From NCBI RefSeq assembly GCF_013122565.1, contig NZ_CP053258.1: a DNA stretch of 64,000 bases, one strand, 5' to 3'. A program made the translations under genes and the position numbers. Positions within the stretch are counted from its first letter, which is position 1; the number at the start of each line of letters is the position of its first letter. Shown here one piece after another: positions 11,803-24,101 of this stretch. The notes below the pieces were generated by a model. That model was not told where the DNA came from, did not search any database, and worked only from the letters and a program-made list of their open reading frames with translations. This stretch comes from Escherichia coli (GTDB taxonomy: Bacteria; Pseudomonadota; Gammaproteobacteria; Enterobacterales; Enterobacteriaceae).

Positions 11803-11941
11803 ATTTCCACTTTCATGTAGCACAGTGTGCAGTCCTGCTCGTTTGCTGATTCCGCAAGACTGCCTGTTCTGCTATGATTGCCTTTATCCGTGGGCAATTT
11901 TCCACCCCCATTTCAATAAGTTTCAAGAGGTTATTTCACTC

Positions 11942-12472
11942 ATGGCTATCACTGGCATCTTTTTCGGCAGCGACACCGGTAATACCGAAAATATCGCAAA
12001 AATGATTCAAAAACAGCTTGGTAAAGACGTTGCCGATGTCCATGACATTGCAAAAAGCAGCAAAGAAGATCTGGAAGCTTATGACATTCTGCTGCTGGGC
12101 ATCCCAACCTGGTATTACGGCGAAGCGCAGTGTGACTGGGATGACTTCTTCCCGACTCTCGAAGAGATTGATTTCAACGGCAAACTGGTTGCGCTGTTTG
12201 GTTGTGGTGACCAGGAAGATTACGCCGAATATTTCTGCGACGCATTGGGCACCATCCGCGACATCATTGAACCGCGCGGTGCAACCATCGTTGGTCACTG
12301 GCCAACTGCGGGCTATCATTTCGAAGCATCAAAAGGTCTGGCTGATGACGACCACTTTGTCGGTCTGGCTATCGACGAAGACCGTCAGCCGGAACTGACC
12401 GCTGAACGTGTAGAAAAATGGGTTAAACAGATTTCTGAAGAGTTGCATCTCGACGAAATTCTCAATGCCTGA
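11942..12472 (+). CDS. fldA: Flavodoxin 1
   Basis: 176 aa from ATG 11942 ([20 protein letters not shown]...); flavodoxin FMN-binding signature. Confidence 0.95.
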
Positions 12473-12677
12473 TGTGATGCGGCGTAGACTCATGTCTACG
12501 CCGTATTAATAGATAATGCCAATCAAAATAATTGCTACAAATTTGTAACTTTTGCTGTTGTACCTGTACAATGTCCCGGTGTTCAAGTGGCCTTGCCGTT
12601 GTAAATGTAAGCTGTGCCACGTTTTTATTAACAATATTTGCCAGGGACTTGTGGTTTTCATTTAGGCGTGGCAATTC

Positions 12678-12696
12678 TATAATGATACGCATTATC
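12678..12696. promoter_or_regulatory. Fur box (tataatgatacgcattatc) overlapping the uof start codon
   Basis: 16 of 19 matches to GATAATGATAATCATTATC; sits at the uof/fur translation start, consistent with fur autoregulation. Confidence 0.7.
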
Positions 12697-12768
12697 TCAA
12701 GAGCAAATTCTGTCACTTCTTCTAATGAAGTGAACCGCTTAGTAACAGGACAGATTCCGCATGACTGA
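12682..12768 (+). CDS. uof: Fur leader peptide Uof (28 aa)
   Basis: MIRIISRANSVTSSNEVNRLVTGQIPHD; stop overlaps fur start in ATGACTGA, giving translational coupling. Confidence 0.8.
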   Translation: MIRIISRANSVTSSNEVNRLVTGQIPHD

Positions 12769-13207
12769 TAACAATACCGCCCTAAAGAAAGCTGGCCTGA
12801 AAGTAACGCTTCCTCGTTTAAAAATCCTGGAAGTTCTTCAGGAGCCGGACAACCATCACGTCAGTGCGGAAGATTTATACAAACGTCTGATCGATATGGG
12901 TGAAGAAATTGGTCTGGCTACGGTATATCGCGTACTGAACCAGTTTGACGATGCTGGTATCGTCACCCGCCACAATTTTGAAGGCGGTAAATCCGTATTT
13001 GAACTGACACAGCAACATCACCACGATCACCTGATCTGCCTCGACTGCGGCAAGGTTATCGAATTTAGTGATGATTCCATCGAAGCGCGTCAGCGTGAAA
13101 TTGCCGCAAAACATGGCATTCGCCTGACTAACCACAGTCTCTATCTTTACGGTCACTGTGCCGAAGGCGATTGCCGCGAAGATGAGCACGCGCACGAAGG
13201 CAAATAA
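12761..13207 (+). CDS. fur: Ferric uptake regulator Fur
   Basis: 148 aa; HHHDHLIC...CxxC metal-binding motifs. Confidence 0.97.
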   Translation: MTDNNTALKKAGLKVTLPRLKILEVLQEPDNHHVSAEDLYKRLIDMGEEIGLATVYRVLNQFDDAGIVTRHNFEGGKSVFELTQQHHHDHLICLDCGKVIEFSDDSIEARQREIAAKHGIRLTNHSLYLYGHCAEGDCREDEHAHEGK

Positions 13208-13223
13208 GCCAGCCTGAATGAGA

Positions 13224-13252
13224 AAAAGCCAACCTGCAGGTTGGCTTTTTTA
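13224..13252. terminator. Bidirectional rho-independent terminator between fur and chiQ
   Basis: Perfect hairpin agccaacc-tgca-ggttggct flanked by an A-run and a T-run. Confidence 0.85.
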
Positions 13253-13291
13253 TGCAAGGAAAATAAGAAAAGCGAGAGTTACAGCTCTCTC

Positions 13292-13618
13292 TTATTTGTT
13301 ATTACTGCGAATTTCCTGCCAAACTTTATCACAATCGGCTTTCACCGCCTGATCATTTCCGGTTTGCGTTGCACGCAGACACTGCTGATAATCCAGTACG
13401 CGTACACTTTCCTGGTCGGCAAACTGCTGATGTTGTTTCTCTTTCTTCAGCACGTTTAACACGCTCTGGCAGGCTTCAATTTTTTCCGGCGAACCTTGCG
13501 CGGTGTTGATACAGGCGCTGTATGCCTCTTTCAGACGGCTGTCTTCCTGTGGCGCGGTTGATTGCGCACAAGCCACCAGCCCCGATGCCATCATGGCGAT
13601 GAGAATCAGTTTTTTCAT
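13292..13618 (-). CDS. chiQ: Lipoprotein ChiQ (YbfN)
   Basis: 108 aa; signal peptide with lipobox LVAC; immediately downstream of chiP on the same strand. Confidence 0.85.
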   Translation of the reverse strand: MKKLILIAMMASGLVACAQSTAPQEDSRLKEAYSACINTAQGSPEKIEACQSVLNVLKKEKQHQQFADQESVRVLDYQQCLRATQTGNDQAVKADCDKVWQEIRSNNK

Positions 13619-13667
13619 AGCGAATTCCTCAAATGTGCGGCAGGCACAAAACCTGCCGCGTCGGGCA

Positions 13668-15074
13668 TCAGAAGATGGTGAATGGTGCGATTACCATAAA
13701 TTTCACGTCACGCTCATCCTGGAAGATGTTACCGTAACCGCCGCCCCAGCTTGGGATGTCAGAGTGGTTGTCGTATTCGGTGAAATGCAGTTTGAACATC
13801 GTGCCTTTGGCGCGGCCGTCCTGAATGGTGTAGACCGCATCCAGGCTGTATGCAGACTCTTCAATAGTCCGGTTTTTGTCGTAGTACGCATCCGGATTGC
13901 TCTGCCAGGTCGCAGGTTTTGCATCCCATGCGTAAACGTAGGAAGCGCCGATGGCGAAGCCTGGAAGATTCCAGTTTTTCAGGTCATACATCGCACCGAA
14001 GAAGACCGCTTTTTCGCCGTTGGCGTTGAAGTCAGAACGGTTATCCCACCAGATATCCAGGCGACCATTCGAGGAAGCGTAGGTTGGGGTCATACGTTGC
14101 AGGAAGTATCCCTGCTGACCGTCAGCCTTAACCCAGGTGCCTTCGAGGCGCAAATCCACTACGTCAGCCGCCCGGTAACCAAAGGTCAACGCTTGCAGCC
14201 AGGCGGTGCCGTCATAAAGATCGTTGACGCTGCGATCGTCAACTTTATCGCGCGTACCATAGAACTGATAGCTGGTGGTTAACGGGCTACCGGCGATATC
14301 AAATTTGTAGCTGGCTTTGGCAAAATATTGATCGATATACCCTTCCGCCTGACCAAACGCCGCTTCCAGTACGAAGTTATTTTTGAAGTCGTATTTCGCC
14401 CCAAGGGAGTGCAGATAATCAACTTTGGTGGTTTTATCGTTCTGATAAAACTCATCCATTTCCAGGTGCCACGGCGCTTTGTATTCGTTGGTCCACATGT
14501 AGGAGAAACTCAAGGCACCAGCATCGCCGTAATCAAAATTCGCTCCGGCTTCCGCACCCTGATAAGTACCTGGCATAAAGCTCCAGTGCGGCGCTAACAG
14601 CGTCTGACCGGTTGGCTGAATATAACCTGCCCTCGCCCAAACCGGACCGTATTTAAATTTGGCCGCAGCTTTATACAGGCTTATACCGCTTTTGTCGCCG
14701 GACCAGTCTTCGTCATAGGCTTTATTACTTTTTGAAAACGCGATTTCGTTCGGGTGAGAGCTGTCGCCGTTTTCCGCCATTTCAATCGCCGTAAACGCAG
14801 CAATATCAAGGCCGAACATATCAGCAGCATAACCGGACTGAAAATCGAGGTTGGCATTCCAGGTGGAGTGAGAAAGGTTGGTTTTGTATTTGTCGCCGTC
14901 GGTAACATCTTTACGGTCGCGTTCACGCTGCCAGTAATAGATACCGCCGGTTAAGGTTGAATCGTCGATGAATCCTTCGGCGCGAGCCTCCGGCATTGCC
15001 ATAAAGCCCGACATTGCTGTAACACCGGCGATAGCCAGCGCCAGCGTACTACGTTTGCCACTAAACGTACGCAT
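13668..15074 (-). CDS. chiP: Chitoporin ChiP (YbfM), OprD-family outer-membrane porin
   Basis: 468 aa with signal peptide and C-terminal aromatic residue typical of beta-barrels; long upstream leader. Confidence 0.9.
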   Translation of the reverse strand: MRTFSGKRSTLALAIAGVTAMSGFMAMPEARAEGFIDDSTLTGGIYYWQRERDRKDVTDGDKYKTNLSHSTWNANLDFQSGYAADMFGLDIAAFTAIEMAENGDSSHPNEIAFSKSNKAYDEDWSGDKSGISLYKAAAKFKYGPVWARAGYIQPTGQTLLAPHWSFMPGTYQGAEAGANFDYGDAGALSFSYMWTNEYKAPWHLEMDEFYQNDKTTKVDYLHSLGAKYDFKNNFVLEAAFGQAEGYIDQYFAKASYKFDIAGSPLTTSYQFYGTRDKVDDRSVNDLYDGTAWLQALTFGYRAADVVDLRLEGTWVKADGQQGYFLQRMTPTYASSNGRLDIWWDNRSDFNANGEKAVFFGAMYDLKNWNLPGFAIGASYVYAWDAKPATWQSNPDAYYDKNRTIEESAYSLDAVYTIQDGRAKGTMFKLHFTEYDNHSDIPSWGGGYGNIFQDERDVKFMVIAPFTIF

Positions 15075-15425
15075 GGGTTAATCCTCTTTGACGTATAAAT
15101 TGCTGCACCAAAGGTGAACAGCGAAAAAATAAAAATTAAAAAAGTAGCGTTGAGAAAAGTCTCGCTGACTACAGGAACAGACTATTTTTCGCGACGCGAA
15201 TTATCAATCTCTTTCTGTAACCAGAATGTAAGAACATGAGCAACCGCACATATTTTGATGATTTTTGTTACAAGGCTTAAGTTTGCGGTTGAAAGGCTTG
15301 CAGAAGAATAAAAGCGTGAAATTCCAGCAAGATGAAAGCGGTTACATTTTATTTAATTATGTTTTGTGATTTTAAATTTATTTTATGGATAAATTGCGAA
15401 GCGGAATTAATTCGCGAAGAAAAGC

Positions 15426-15454
15426 AGAAAAAAACGCCGCAGAGCGCGGCGTTT
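15426..15454 (-). terminator. glnS rho-independent terminator
   Basis: On the minus strand: GC-rich hairpin (cgccgc/gcggcg) followed by a U-run. Confidence 0.8.
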
Positions 15455-15521
15455 GGGATTGTTTGCATATTTCTTGCCGGATGTGGCGTAAATGCCTCAC
15501 CCGGCCTGGTAGAACTTAAAA

Positions 15522-17186
15522 TTACTCGCCTACTTTCGCCCAGGTATCACGCAGCCCAACGGTGCGGTTAAATACCGGTTTTTCCGCCGTAGAATGGCGG
15601 CTGTCGAGGCAGAAGTAACCTTCACGCTCAAACTGGAATGCTTTACCCGCTACCGCGTCTTTCAGCGACGGTTCAGCAAAGCCCTGTTTGATCACCAGCG
15701 ATTCCGGGTTAATCACCGACAGGAAATCATCCGCAGCGCCTGGGTTAGGCACGCTGAACAGACGATCATACAAACGGATTTCAACCGGCAGCGCATGTGC
15801 CGCGCTCACCCAGTGAATAACGCCTTTCACTTTACGACCATCTGCCGGATCTTTGCTTAAGGTATCGGCGTCATAAGTACAGAAGATGGTGGTGATATTA
15901 CCTTCGGCATCTTTCTCGACGCGTTCTGCCTTAATCACGTAAGCATTACGCAGACGCACTTCTTTACCCAGCACCAGACGTTTGTACTGCTTGTTAGCTT
16001 CTTCGCGGAAATCGGCGCGATCGATCCAAATTTCACCGCTAAACGGCACCTGACGGCTCCCCATTTCCGGTTTGTTCGGATGGTTCGGCATGGTGACCAT
16101 TTCGCCTTCGCCCTGATAGTTTTCGATAACCAGTTTCACCGGATCGATAACCGCCATTGCGCGCGGCGCATTTTCGTTGAGATCTTCACGGATGCAGGAT
16201 TCCAGCGACGCCATCTCAATGGTGTTGTCCTGCTTGGTCACGCCAATGCGTTTGCAGAACTCACGAATAGAAGCCGCAGTGTAACCACGACGACGCAGAC
16301 CAGAAATGGTCGGCATACGCGGGTCATCCCAGCCTTCAACGTGCTTGTCGGTCACCAGCAGGTTCAGCTTACGCTTGGACATCACAGTGTATTCCAGATT
16401 CAGGCGCGAGAATTCGTACTGGCGCGGGTGAACAGGAATGGTGATGTTGTCCAGCACCCAGTCGTACAGGCGACGGTTGTCCTGGAATTCAAGCGTACAC
16501 AATGAGTGCGTAATACCTTCCAGCGCATCGCTGATGCAGTGGGTGAAGTCGTACATCGGGTAGATGCACCACTTGTTGCCAGTCTGGTGGTGTTCAGCAA
16601 ATTTAATGCGGTACAGCACCGGATCGCGCATTACGATAAATGGCGACGCCATGTCGATTTTCGCACGCAGGCAGGCTTTACCTTCTTCAAAACCACCGGC
16701 ACGCATTTTTTCGAACAGCGCCAGGTTCTCTTCAACGCTGCGGTCGCGGTACGGGCTGTTTTTACCCGGCTGCGTCAGGGTGCCGCGGTATTCGCGGATC
16801 TGTTCCGGTGTCAGTTCATCAACATACGCCAGGCCTTTATTGATCAGTTCGATCGCATAGGCGTGGAGCTGATCAAAATAATCGGAGGAGTAACGGACGT
16901 TACCAGACCAGTGAAAACCTAACCACTCTACGTCGTTTTTGATCGAATCGACATACTCGATATCTTCTTTTACCGGGTTAGTGTCGTCGAAACGCAGGTT
17001 GCACTGGCCTTTATAGTCCTGGGCGATCCCGAAGTTCAGGCAGATAGATTTCGCATGCCCAATATGCAGATAGCCATTCGGCTCCGGCGGGAAACGGGTG
17101 TGTACTGTGGTGTGCTTACCACTGGCCAGATCTTCATCGATGATCTGACGGATAAAGTTAGTCGGGCGGGCTTCTGCCTCACTCAT
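15522..17186 (-). CDS. glnS: Glutaminyl-tRNA synthetase
   Basis: 554 aa; class I HIGH (HIGH) and KMSKS-like (VMSKR) motifs. Confidence 0.97.
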   Translation of the reverse strand: MSEAEARPTNFIRQIIDEDLASGKHTTVHTRFPPEPNGYLHIGHAKSICLNFGIAQDYKGQCNLRFDDTNPVKEDIEYVDSIKNDVEWLGFHWSGNVRYSSDYFDQLHAYAIELINKGLAYVDELTPEQIREYRGTLTQPGKNSPYRDRSVEENLALFEKMRAGGFEEGKACLRAKIDMASPFIVMRDPVLYRIKFAEHHQTGNKWCIYPMYDFTHCISDALEGITHSLCTLEFQDNRRLYDWVLDNITIPVHPRQYEFSRLNLEYTVMSKRKLNLLVTDKHVEGWDDPRMPTISGLRRRGYTAASIREFCKRIGVTKQDNTIEMASLESCIREDLNENAPRAMAVIDPVKLVIENYQGEGEMVTMPNHPNKPEMGSRQVPFSGEIWIDRADFREEANKQYKRLVLGKEVRLRNAYVIKAERVEKDAEGNITTIFCTYDADTLSKDPADGRKVKGVIHWVSAAHALPVEIRLYDRLFSVPNPGAADDFLSVINPESLVIKQGFAEPSLKDAVAGKAFQFEREGYFCLDSRHSTAEKPVFNRTVGLRDTWAKVGE

Positions 17187-17349
17187 CGTGGATTCCTCAA
17201 AGCGTAAACAACGTATAACGGCGTATGATCTTATAAGCGGGACAGGCTGACAACTGTTAGTTAGTGAAAATCGAAAATCTCACTGAGATTATGGGGATGA
17301 TTGATGAAAAAAAAAGCGGCAGAGAAGATCTCCACCGCTTGTCATTGTT

Positions 17350-17378
17350 GGATGCGACGCTCAAGCGTCGCATCAGGC
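17350..17378. repeat. REP-like palindrome downstream of nagE (ggatgcgacgctcaagcgtcgcatcaggc)
   Basis: 10-bp inverted arms gatgcgacgc/gcgtcgcatc, REP-type sequence. Confidence 0.6.
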
Positions 17379-17388
17379 ATAAAGCAGA

Positions 17389-19335
17389 TTACTTTTTGAT
17401 TTCATACAGCGGTGTTTGACCCGCCACAACATGGCCCTGAGCTTTAATGATCAAACCACTGAAATCGTCGATATTGCTGCAAACCACCGGACTAATCATC
17501 GAGCTGGCGTTAGCGTTCAGGTAATCCAGATCCATTTCCAGAATCGGTTGCCCTGCGCTTACCTGCGCGCCCTCTTCCACCAGACGTTTAAAGCCTTTAC
17601 CTTCCAGCGCTACGGTGTCGATACCCATATGGACGACGATCTCCGCGCCTTTTTCGGTTTCCAGGCAGAACGCGTGGTTGGTGTTGAAGATTTTCACGAT
17701 TGTTCCTGCGGCTGGTGATACGACGATTTTATCTGTCGGTTTTACCGCCACACCGTCACCCACCGCTTTGCTGGCGAATGCTTCGTCAGGAACCTGATCC
17801 AGTGCCACAACATCACCGGTAATCGGCGATACCAGCTCCGCGACAGACACCGCGTTTGGTACAGCCTGCGGTTTTGCTACAGGAGCGGCAGTTGCCGGAG
17901 TTGCTTCAGCTGACGCAGCTGCTACCGGGCCACGGGCAACGACTTTCTTCATCGCATCGCCGATGGATTCTGCTTTCGCGCCAACAATCACCTGAATAGT
18001 CTGTTTGTTCAGTTTTACTACCCCAGAAGCCCCCAGACGTTTACACATCGTATCGTTAACGCGGGCAGAGTCAGCCACGGTAAGGCGCAGACGAGTGATA
18101 CAGGCGTCAATCGCTTTCAGGTTGTCAGTGCCGCCAACCGCAGCAATATAGTTGGTTGCCAGTTGATTGAGGCCTTCTTCAGTGTTGCTGTTGGCTTCTT
18201 CAGTAACGATCTCGTCTTCTTTATCTTCACGACCCGGCGTTTTCAGGTTGAACATGCGGATAACCAAACTGAACACCACGAAGTAGATAGCGAAGAAGAC
18301 AACACCCATAACCAGCAGCATCCAGACGTTCTGGCTGGCGGCCGGCAGGTTATACATCAACGCGTAGTCGATAGCCCCCGCAGAGAAAGAGAAGCCGGCA
18401 TGGATACCCAGCAGCGTTGCCACAAACAGGCTGATACCGGTCAGCAGTGCGTGCAGGAGGTACAGCAGCGGTGCAAGGAACATGAACAGGAATTCCAGCG
18501 GCTCAGTCACACCGGTCAGGAACGCAGTAACAGCAACAGAAAGCAGCATCCCGCCAACCATCGGACGACGCTCTTTCGGTGCTGCGAAGTACATCGCCAG
18601 CGCCGCACCCGGCAGACCGAACATCATGATCGGGAAGAAGCCGGACATGAACATCCCCGCGGTGCCGTCACCAGCGTAGAAACGGTTGATGTCGCCGTGG
18701 AAAACCGTACCCGCCGCGTTGGTGAATTCACCAATCTGGAACCAGGCGATGGTGTTCAGCACCTGATGCAGACCGGTTGGGATCAGCAGACGGTTGATGA
18801 AACCAAAGATACCGGAACCCAGCGCGTCCGCAGAAACGATCCACTCGCCGCCTGCATGGATAGCGTGCTGTACCGGCGGCCAGACGTAACCAAAAATGGC
18901 CGCCAGCACCAGACAGAAGAAGCCGGTGGCGATCGGCACAAAGCGTTTGCCGCCGAAGAAGCTCAGGAAGTCCGGCAGTTTAATATCGGACCAACGGTTA
19001 TAGGCTGCGCCACCAACCAGACCGGTAATGATACCCGCCAGTACACCCATGTTTATTTCTGGGTTGATGGTCACCATCGCTTTGGTTAACACAAAGTAAC
19101 CTACCGCACCCGCCAGCGCCGCCGCACCAGCGCTGTCTTTCGACCAGCTGGATGCCACACCGATGGCGAAGATTAATGCGAGGTTATCAAAAATCGCACC
19201 GCCCGCCTGGGCAATAAACGCAACGTTAAGTAAATCTGGCTGACCGAATCGCAGCAACAGCGCCGCCACCGGCAGCACCGCGATAGGGAGCTGTAACGCC
19301 CTACCGAGTCGCTGGAAAAAACCTAAAATATTCAT
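17389..19335 (-). CDS. nagE: PTS N-acetylglucosamine-specific EIICBA component
   Basis: 648 aa; N-terminal EIIC membrane domain, EIIB, C-terminal EIIA. Confidence 0.95.
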   Translation of the reverse strand: MNILGFFQRLGRALQLPIAVLPVAALLLRFGQPDLLNVAFIAQAGGAIFDNLALIFAIGVASSWSKDSAGAAALAGAVGYFVLTKAMVTINPEINMGVLAGIITGLVGGAAYNRWSDIKLPDFLSFFGGKRFVPIATGFFCLVLAAIFGYVWPPVQHAIHAGGEWIVSADALGSGIFGFINRLLIPTGLHQVLNTIAWFQIGEFTNAAGTVFHGDINRFYAGDGTAGMFMSGFFPIMMFGLPGAALAMYFAAPKERRPMVGGMLLSVAVTAFLTGVTEPLEFLFMFLAPLLYLLHALLTGISLFVATLLGIHAGFSFSAGAIDYALMYNLPAASQNVWMLLVMGVVFFAIYFVVFSLVIRMFNLKTPGREDKEDEIVTEEANSNTEEGLNQLATNYIAAVGGTDNLKAIDACITRLRLTVADSARVNDTMCKRLGASGVVKLNKQTIQVIVGAKAESIGDAMKKVVARGPVAAASAEATPATAAPVAKPQAVPNAVSVAELVSPITGDVVALDQVPDEAFASKAVGDGVAVKPTDKIVVSPAAGTIVKIFNTNHAFCLETEKGAEIVVHMGIDTVALEGKGFKRLVEEGAQVSAGQPILEMDLDYLNANASSMISPVVCSNIDDFSGLIIKAQGHVVAGQTPLYEIKK

Positions 19336-19489
19336 CTTATTCCCCCTACGAGAACCCTAATTGGCTCGTTTAAAGCCGTATTTTTATTTTGCTGCAAATT
19401 GTACTGCCGATGTTCTGTAATCAGATTGTTAGATCATCTGCTACAGAGTGTGTGAAAATTTAATTCGTATCGCAAATTAAACGCGTGTC

Positions 19490-19511
19490 TTTTGTGAGTT
19501 TTGTCACCAAA
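19490..19511. promoter_or_regulatory. CRP binding site in the divergent nagE-nagB control region
   Basis: tTGTGAgttttgTCACca matches TGTGA-N6-TCACA. Confidence 0.75.
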
Positions 19512-19667
19512 TATCGTTATCATCACTCCCTTTTACTGGCTAAACCAGAAAACTTATTTTATCATTCAAAAAATCAGGTCGGATTGACGCCTGTCTGCGC
19601 AAATCCAGGTTACGCTTAAAGATGCCTAATCCGCCAACGGCTTACATTTTACTTATTGAGGTGAATA

Positions 19668-21676
<2,009 letters not shown>

Positions 21677-21684
21677 GAGAAAGT

Positions 21685-22905
21685 ATGACACCAGGCGGAC
21701 AAGCTCAGATAGGTAATGTTGATCTCGTAAAACAGCTTAACAGCGCGGCGGTTTATCGCCTGATTGACCAGTACGGGCCAATCTCGCGGATTCAGATTGC
21801 CGAGCAAAGCCAGCTTGCCCCCGCCAGCGTAACCAAAATTACGCGTCAGCTTATCGAACGCGGGCTGATCAAAGAAGTTGATCAGCAGGCCTCCACTGGG
21901 GGCCGCCGCGCTATCTCCATCGTCACCGAAACCCGCAATTTCCACGCAATCGGTGTACGGCTTGGTCGTCACGACGCCACCATCACCCTGTTTGATCTCA
22001 GCAGCAAAGTGCTGGCAGAAGAACATTACCCGCTGCCGGAACGTACCCAGCAAACGCTGGAACATGCCCTGTTGAATGCCATTGCTCAGTTTATTGATAG
22101 CTACCAGCGCAAACTGCGCGAGCTGATCGCGATTTCGGTGATCCTGCCAGGGCTTGTTGACCCGGACAGCGGCAAAATTCATTACATGCCGCATATTCAG
22201 GTAGAAAACTGGGGGCTGGTAGAAGCACTGGAAGAACGTTTTAAAGTGACCTGTTTCGTCGGTCACGATATCCGTAGTCTGGCGCTGGCAGAGCACTACT
22301 TCGGTGCAAGTCAGGATTGCGAAGACTCCATTCTGGTGCGTGTCCATCGCGGAACCGGGGCCGGGATTATCTCTAACGGGCGCATTTTTATTGGCCGCAA
22401 CGGCAACGTCGGTGAAATTGGCCATATTCAGGTCGAACCGCTGGGTGAACGCTGCCACTGCGGCAACTTTGGCTGCCTGGAAACTATCGCCGCCAACGCT
22501 GCCATTGAACAACGGGTGTTGAATCTGTTAAAGCAGGGCTACCAGAGCCGCGTGCCGCTGGACGACTGCACCATCAAAACTATCTGTAAAGCCGCGAACA
22601 AAGGCGATAGCCTGGCGTCGGAAGTGATTGAGTATGTCGGTCGTCATCTGGGCAAAACCATCGCCATTGCTATCAACTTATTTAATCCGCAAAAAATTGT
22701 TATTGCCGGTGAAATCACCGAAGCCGATAAAGTGCTGCTCCCTGCTATTGAAAGCTGCATTAATACCCAGGCGCTGAAGGCGTTTCGTACTAATCTGCCG
22801 GTGGTACGTTCTGAGCTGGATCACCGCTCGGCAATCGGCGCTTTTGCGCTGGTAAAACGCGCCATGCTCAACGGTATTTTGCTCCAGCATTTGCTGGAAA
22901 ATTAA
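21685..22905 (+). CDS. nagC: Transcriptional regulator NagC (ROK family)
   Basis: 406 aa; N-terminal HTH and ROK sugar-kinase-like domain with zinc motif CHCGNFGC. Confidence 0.96.
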   Translation: MTPGGQAQIGNVDLVKQLNSAAVYRLIDQYGPISRIQIAEQSQLAPASVTKITRQLIERGLIKEVDQQASTGGRRAISIVTETRNFHAIGVRLGRHDATITLFDLSSKVLAEEHYPLPERTQQTLEHALLNAIAQFIDSYQRKLRELIAISVILPGLVDPDSGKIHYMPHIQVENWGLVEALEERFKVTCFVGHDIRSLALAEHYFGASQDCEDSILVRVHRGTGAGIISNGRIFIGRNGNVGEIGHIQVEPLGERCHCGNFGCLETIAANAAIEQRVLNLLKQGYQSRVPLDDCTIKTICKAANKGDSLASEVIEYVGRHLGKTIAIAINLFNPQKIVIAGEITEADKVLLPAIESCINTQALKAFRTNLPVVRSELDHRSAIGAFALVKRAMLNGILLQHLLEN

Positions 22906-22952
22906 TGTGCTTTTATAGTGGCGCTTATTGTTGTCAATATTCTGGGTAGTCC

Positions 22953-23705
22953 ATGACCATTAAAAATGTAATTTGCGATATCGACGGCGTGCTGATGCAC
23001 GATAACGTCGCCGTACCGGGTGCAGCGGAATTTTTGCACGGGATTATGGATAAAGGCCTGCCGCTGGTGTTGCTGACCAACTATCCTTCGCAGACCGGGC
23101 AAGATCTGGCGAACCGCTTTGCCACTGCCGGTGTCGATGTACCTGACAGCGTGTTTTATACCTCTGCGATGGCGACCGCCGATTTCCTGCGTCGCCAGGA
23201 AGGCAAGAAAGCGTATGTGGTGGGCGAAGGCGCACTGATTCATGAACTGTACAAAGCCGGTTTCACTATTACCGATGTGAACCCTGATTTTGTGATTGTT
23301 GGCGAAACGCGTTCCTACAACTGGGACATGATGCATAAAGCGGCCTATTTCGTCGCTAATGGTGCACGCTTTATCGCCACCAACCCGGATACCCACGGGC
23401 GCGGTTTTTATCCGGCCTGTGGCGCGTTGTGTGCAGGGATTGAGAAAATCTCCGGGCGCAAACCGTTCTATGTTGGTAAGCCGAGTCCGTGGATTATCCG
23501 CGCGGCATTAAACAAAATGCAGGCACATTCGGAAGAAACGGTGATTGTCGGCGATAACCTGCGTACCGATATTCTGGCCGGCTTCCAGGCAGGTCTGGAG
23601 ACGATTCTGGTGCTTTCTGGTGTTTCGTCGCTCGACGATATCGACAGTATGCCTTTCCGCCCCAGCTGGATTTACCCGTCGGTCGCTGAAATCGACGTTA
23701 TCTGA
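22953..23705 (+). CDS. nagD: UMP phosphatase NagD/UmpH (HAD superfamily)
   Basis: 250 aa; HAD motif DIDGV at the N-terminus. Confidence 0.93.
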   Translation: MTIKNVICDIDGVLMHDNVAVPGAAEFLHGIMDKGLPLVLLTNYPSQTGQDLANRFATAGVDVPDSVFYTSAMATADFLRRQEGKKAYVVGEGALIHELYKAGFTITDVNPDFVIVGETRSYNWDMMHKAAYFVANGARFIATNPDTHGRGFYPACGALCAGIEKISGRKPFYVGKPSPWIIRAALNKMQAHSEETVIVGDNLRTDILAGFQAGLETILVLSGVSSLDDIDSMPFRPSWIYPSVAEIDVI

Positions 23706-23709
23706 ATAG

Positions 23710-23731
23710 CAACCACGTCTGCGGACGTGGT
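23710..23731 (+). terminator. Hairpin immediately 3' of nagD (possible terminator; no U-run)
   Basis: Stem aaccacgtc / gacgtggtt with loop tgcg. Confidence 0.4.
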
Positions 23732-23755
23732 TGATACTGATGACAAATGCCAAAC

Positions 23756-23785
23756 TGCCTGATGCGCTACGCTTATCAGGCCTAC
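23756..23785. repeat. REP element (gcctgatgcgctacgcttatcaggcctac)
   Basis: REP consensus ending ATCAGGCCTAC. Confidence 0.85.
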
Positions 23786-23820
23786 GCAGCTCCTGCAATA
23801 TATTGAATTTTCATGCTTTT

Positions 23821-23854
23821 GTAGGCCGGATAAGGCGTTCACGCCGCATCCGGC
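23821..23854. repeat. REP element, inverted (gtaggccggataaggcgttcacgccgcatccggc)
   Basis: REP consensus; forms a BIME with 23756-23785. Confidence 0.85.
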
Positions 23855-24101
23855 ATGAACAAATCGCACTTTGTCAGTAATTTGGCCCCCGTAAAATATA
23901 ACCATTCAATAAAACCCGCTAAAAATTATCGATTCATCAATAAATACATCCTTACACCAGACCTTTTTTCACCAATCGACAATCACCATTACGTTTTTTA
24001 TTTTTTCACCGCCAAATCGCTTGCGCACAGTGCTGCTTTGCGGCATTTTTTTAAACAAGCAAACACAACAAGCAACAAATACCAGGTTAACGGAGAAGGT
24101 T

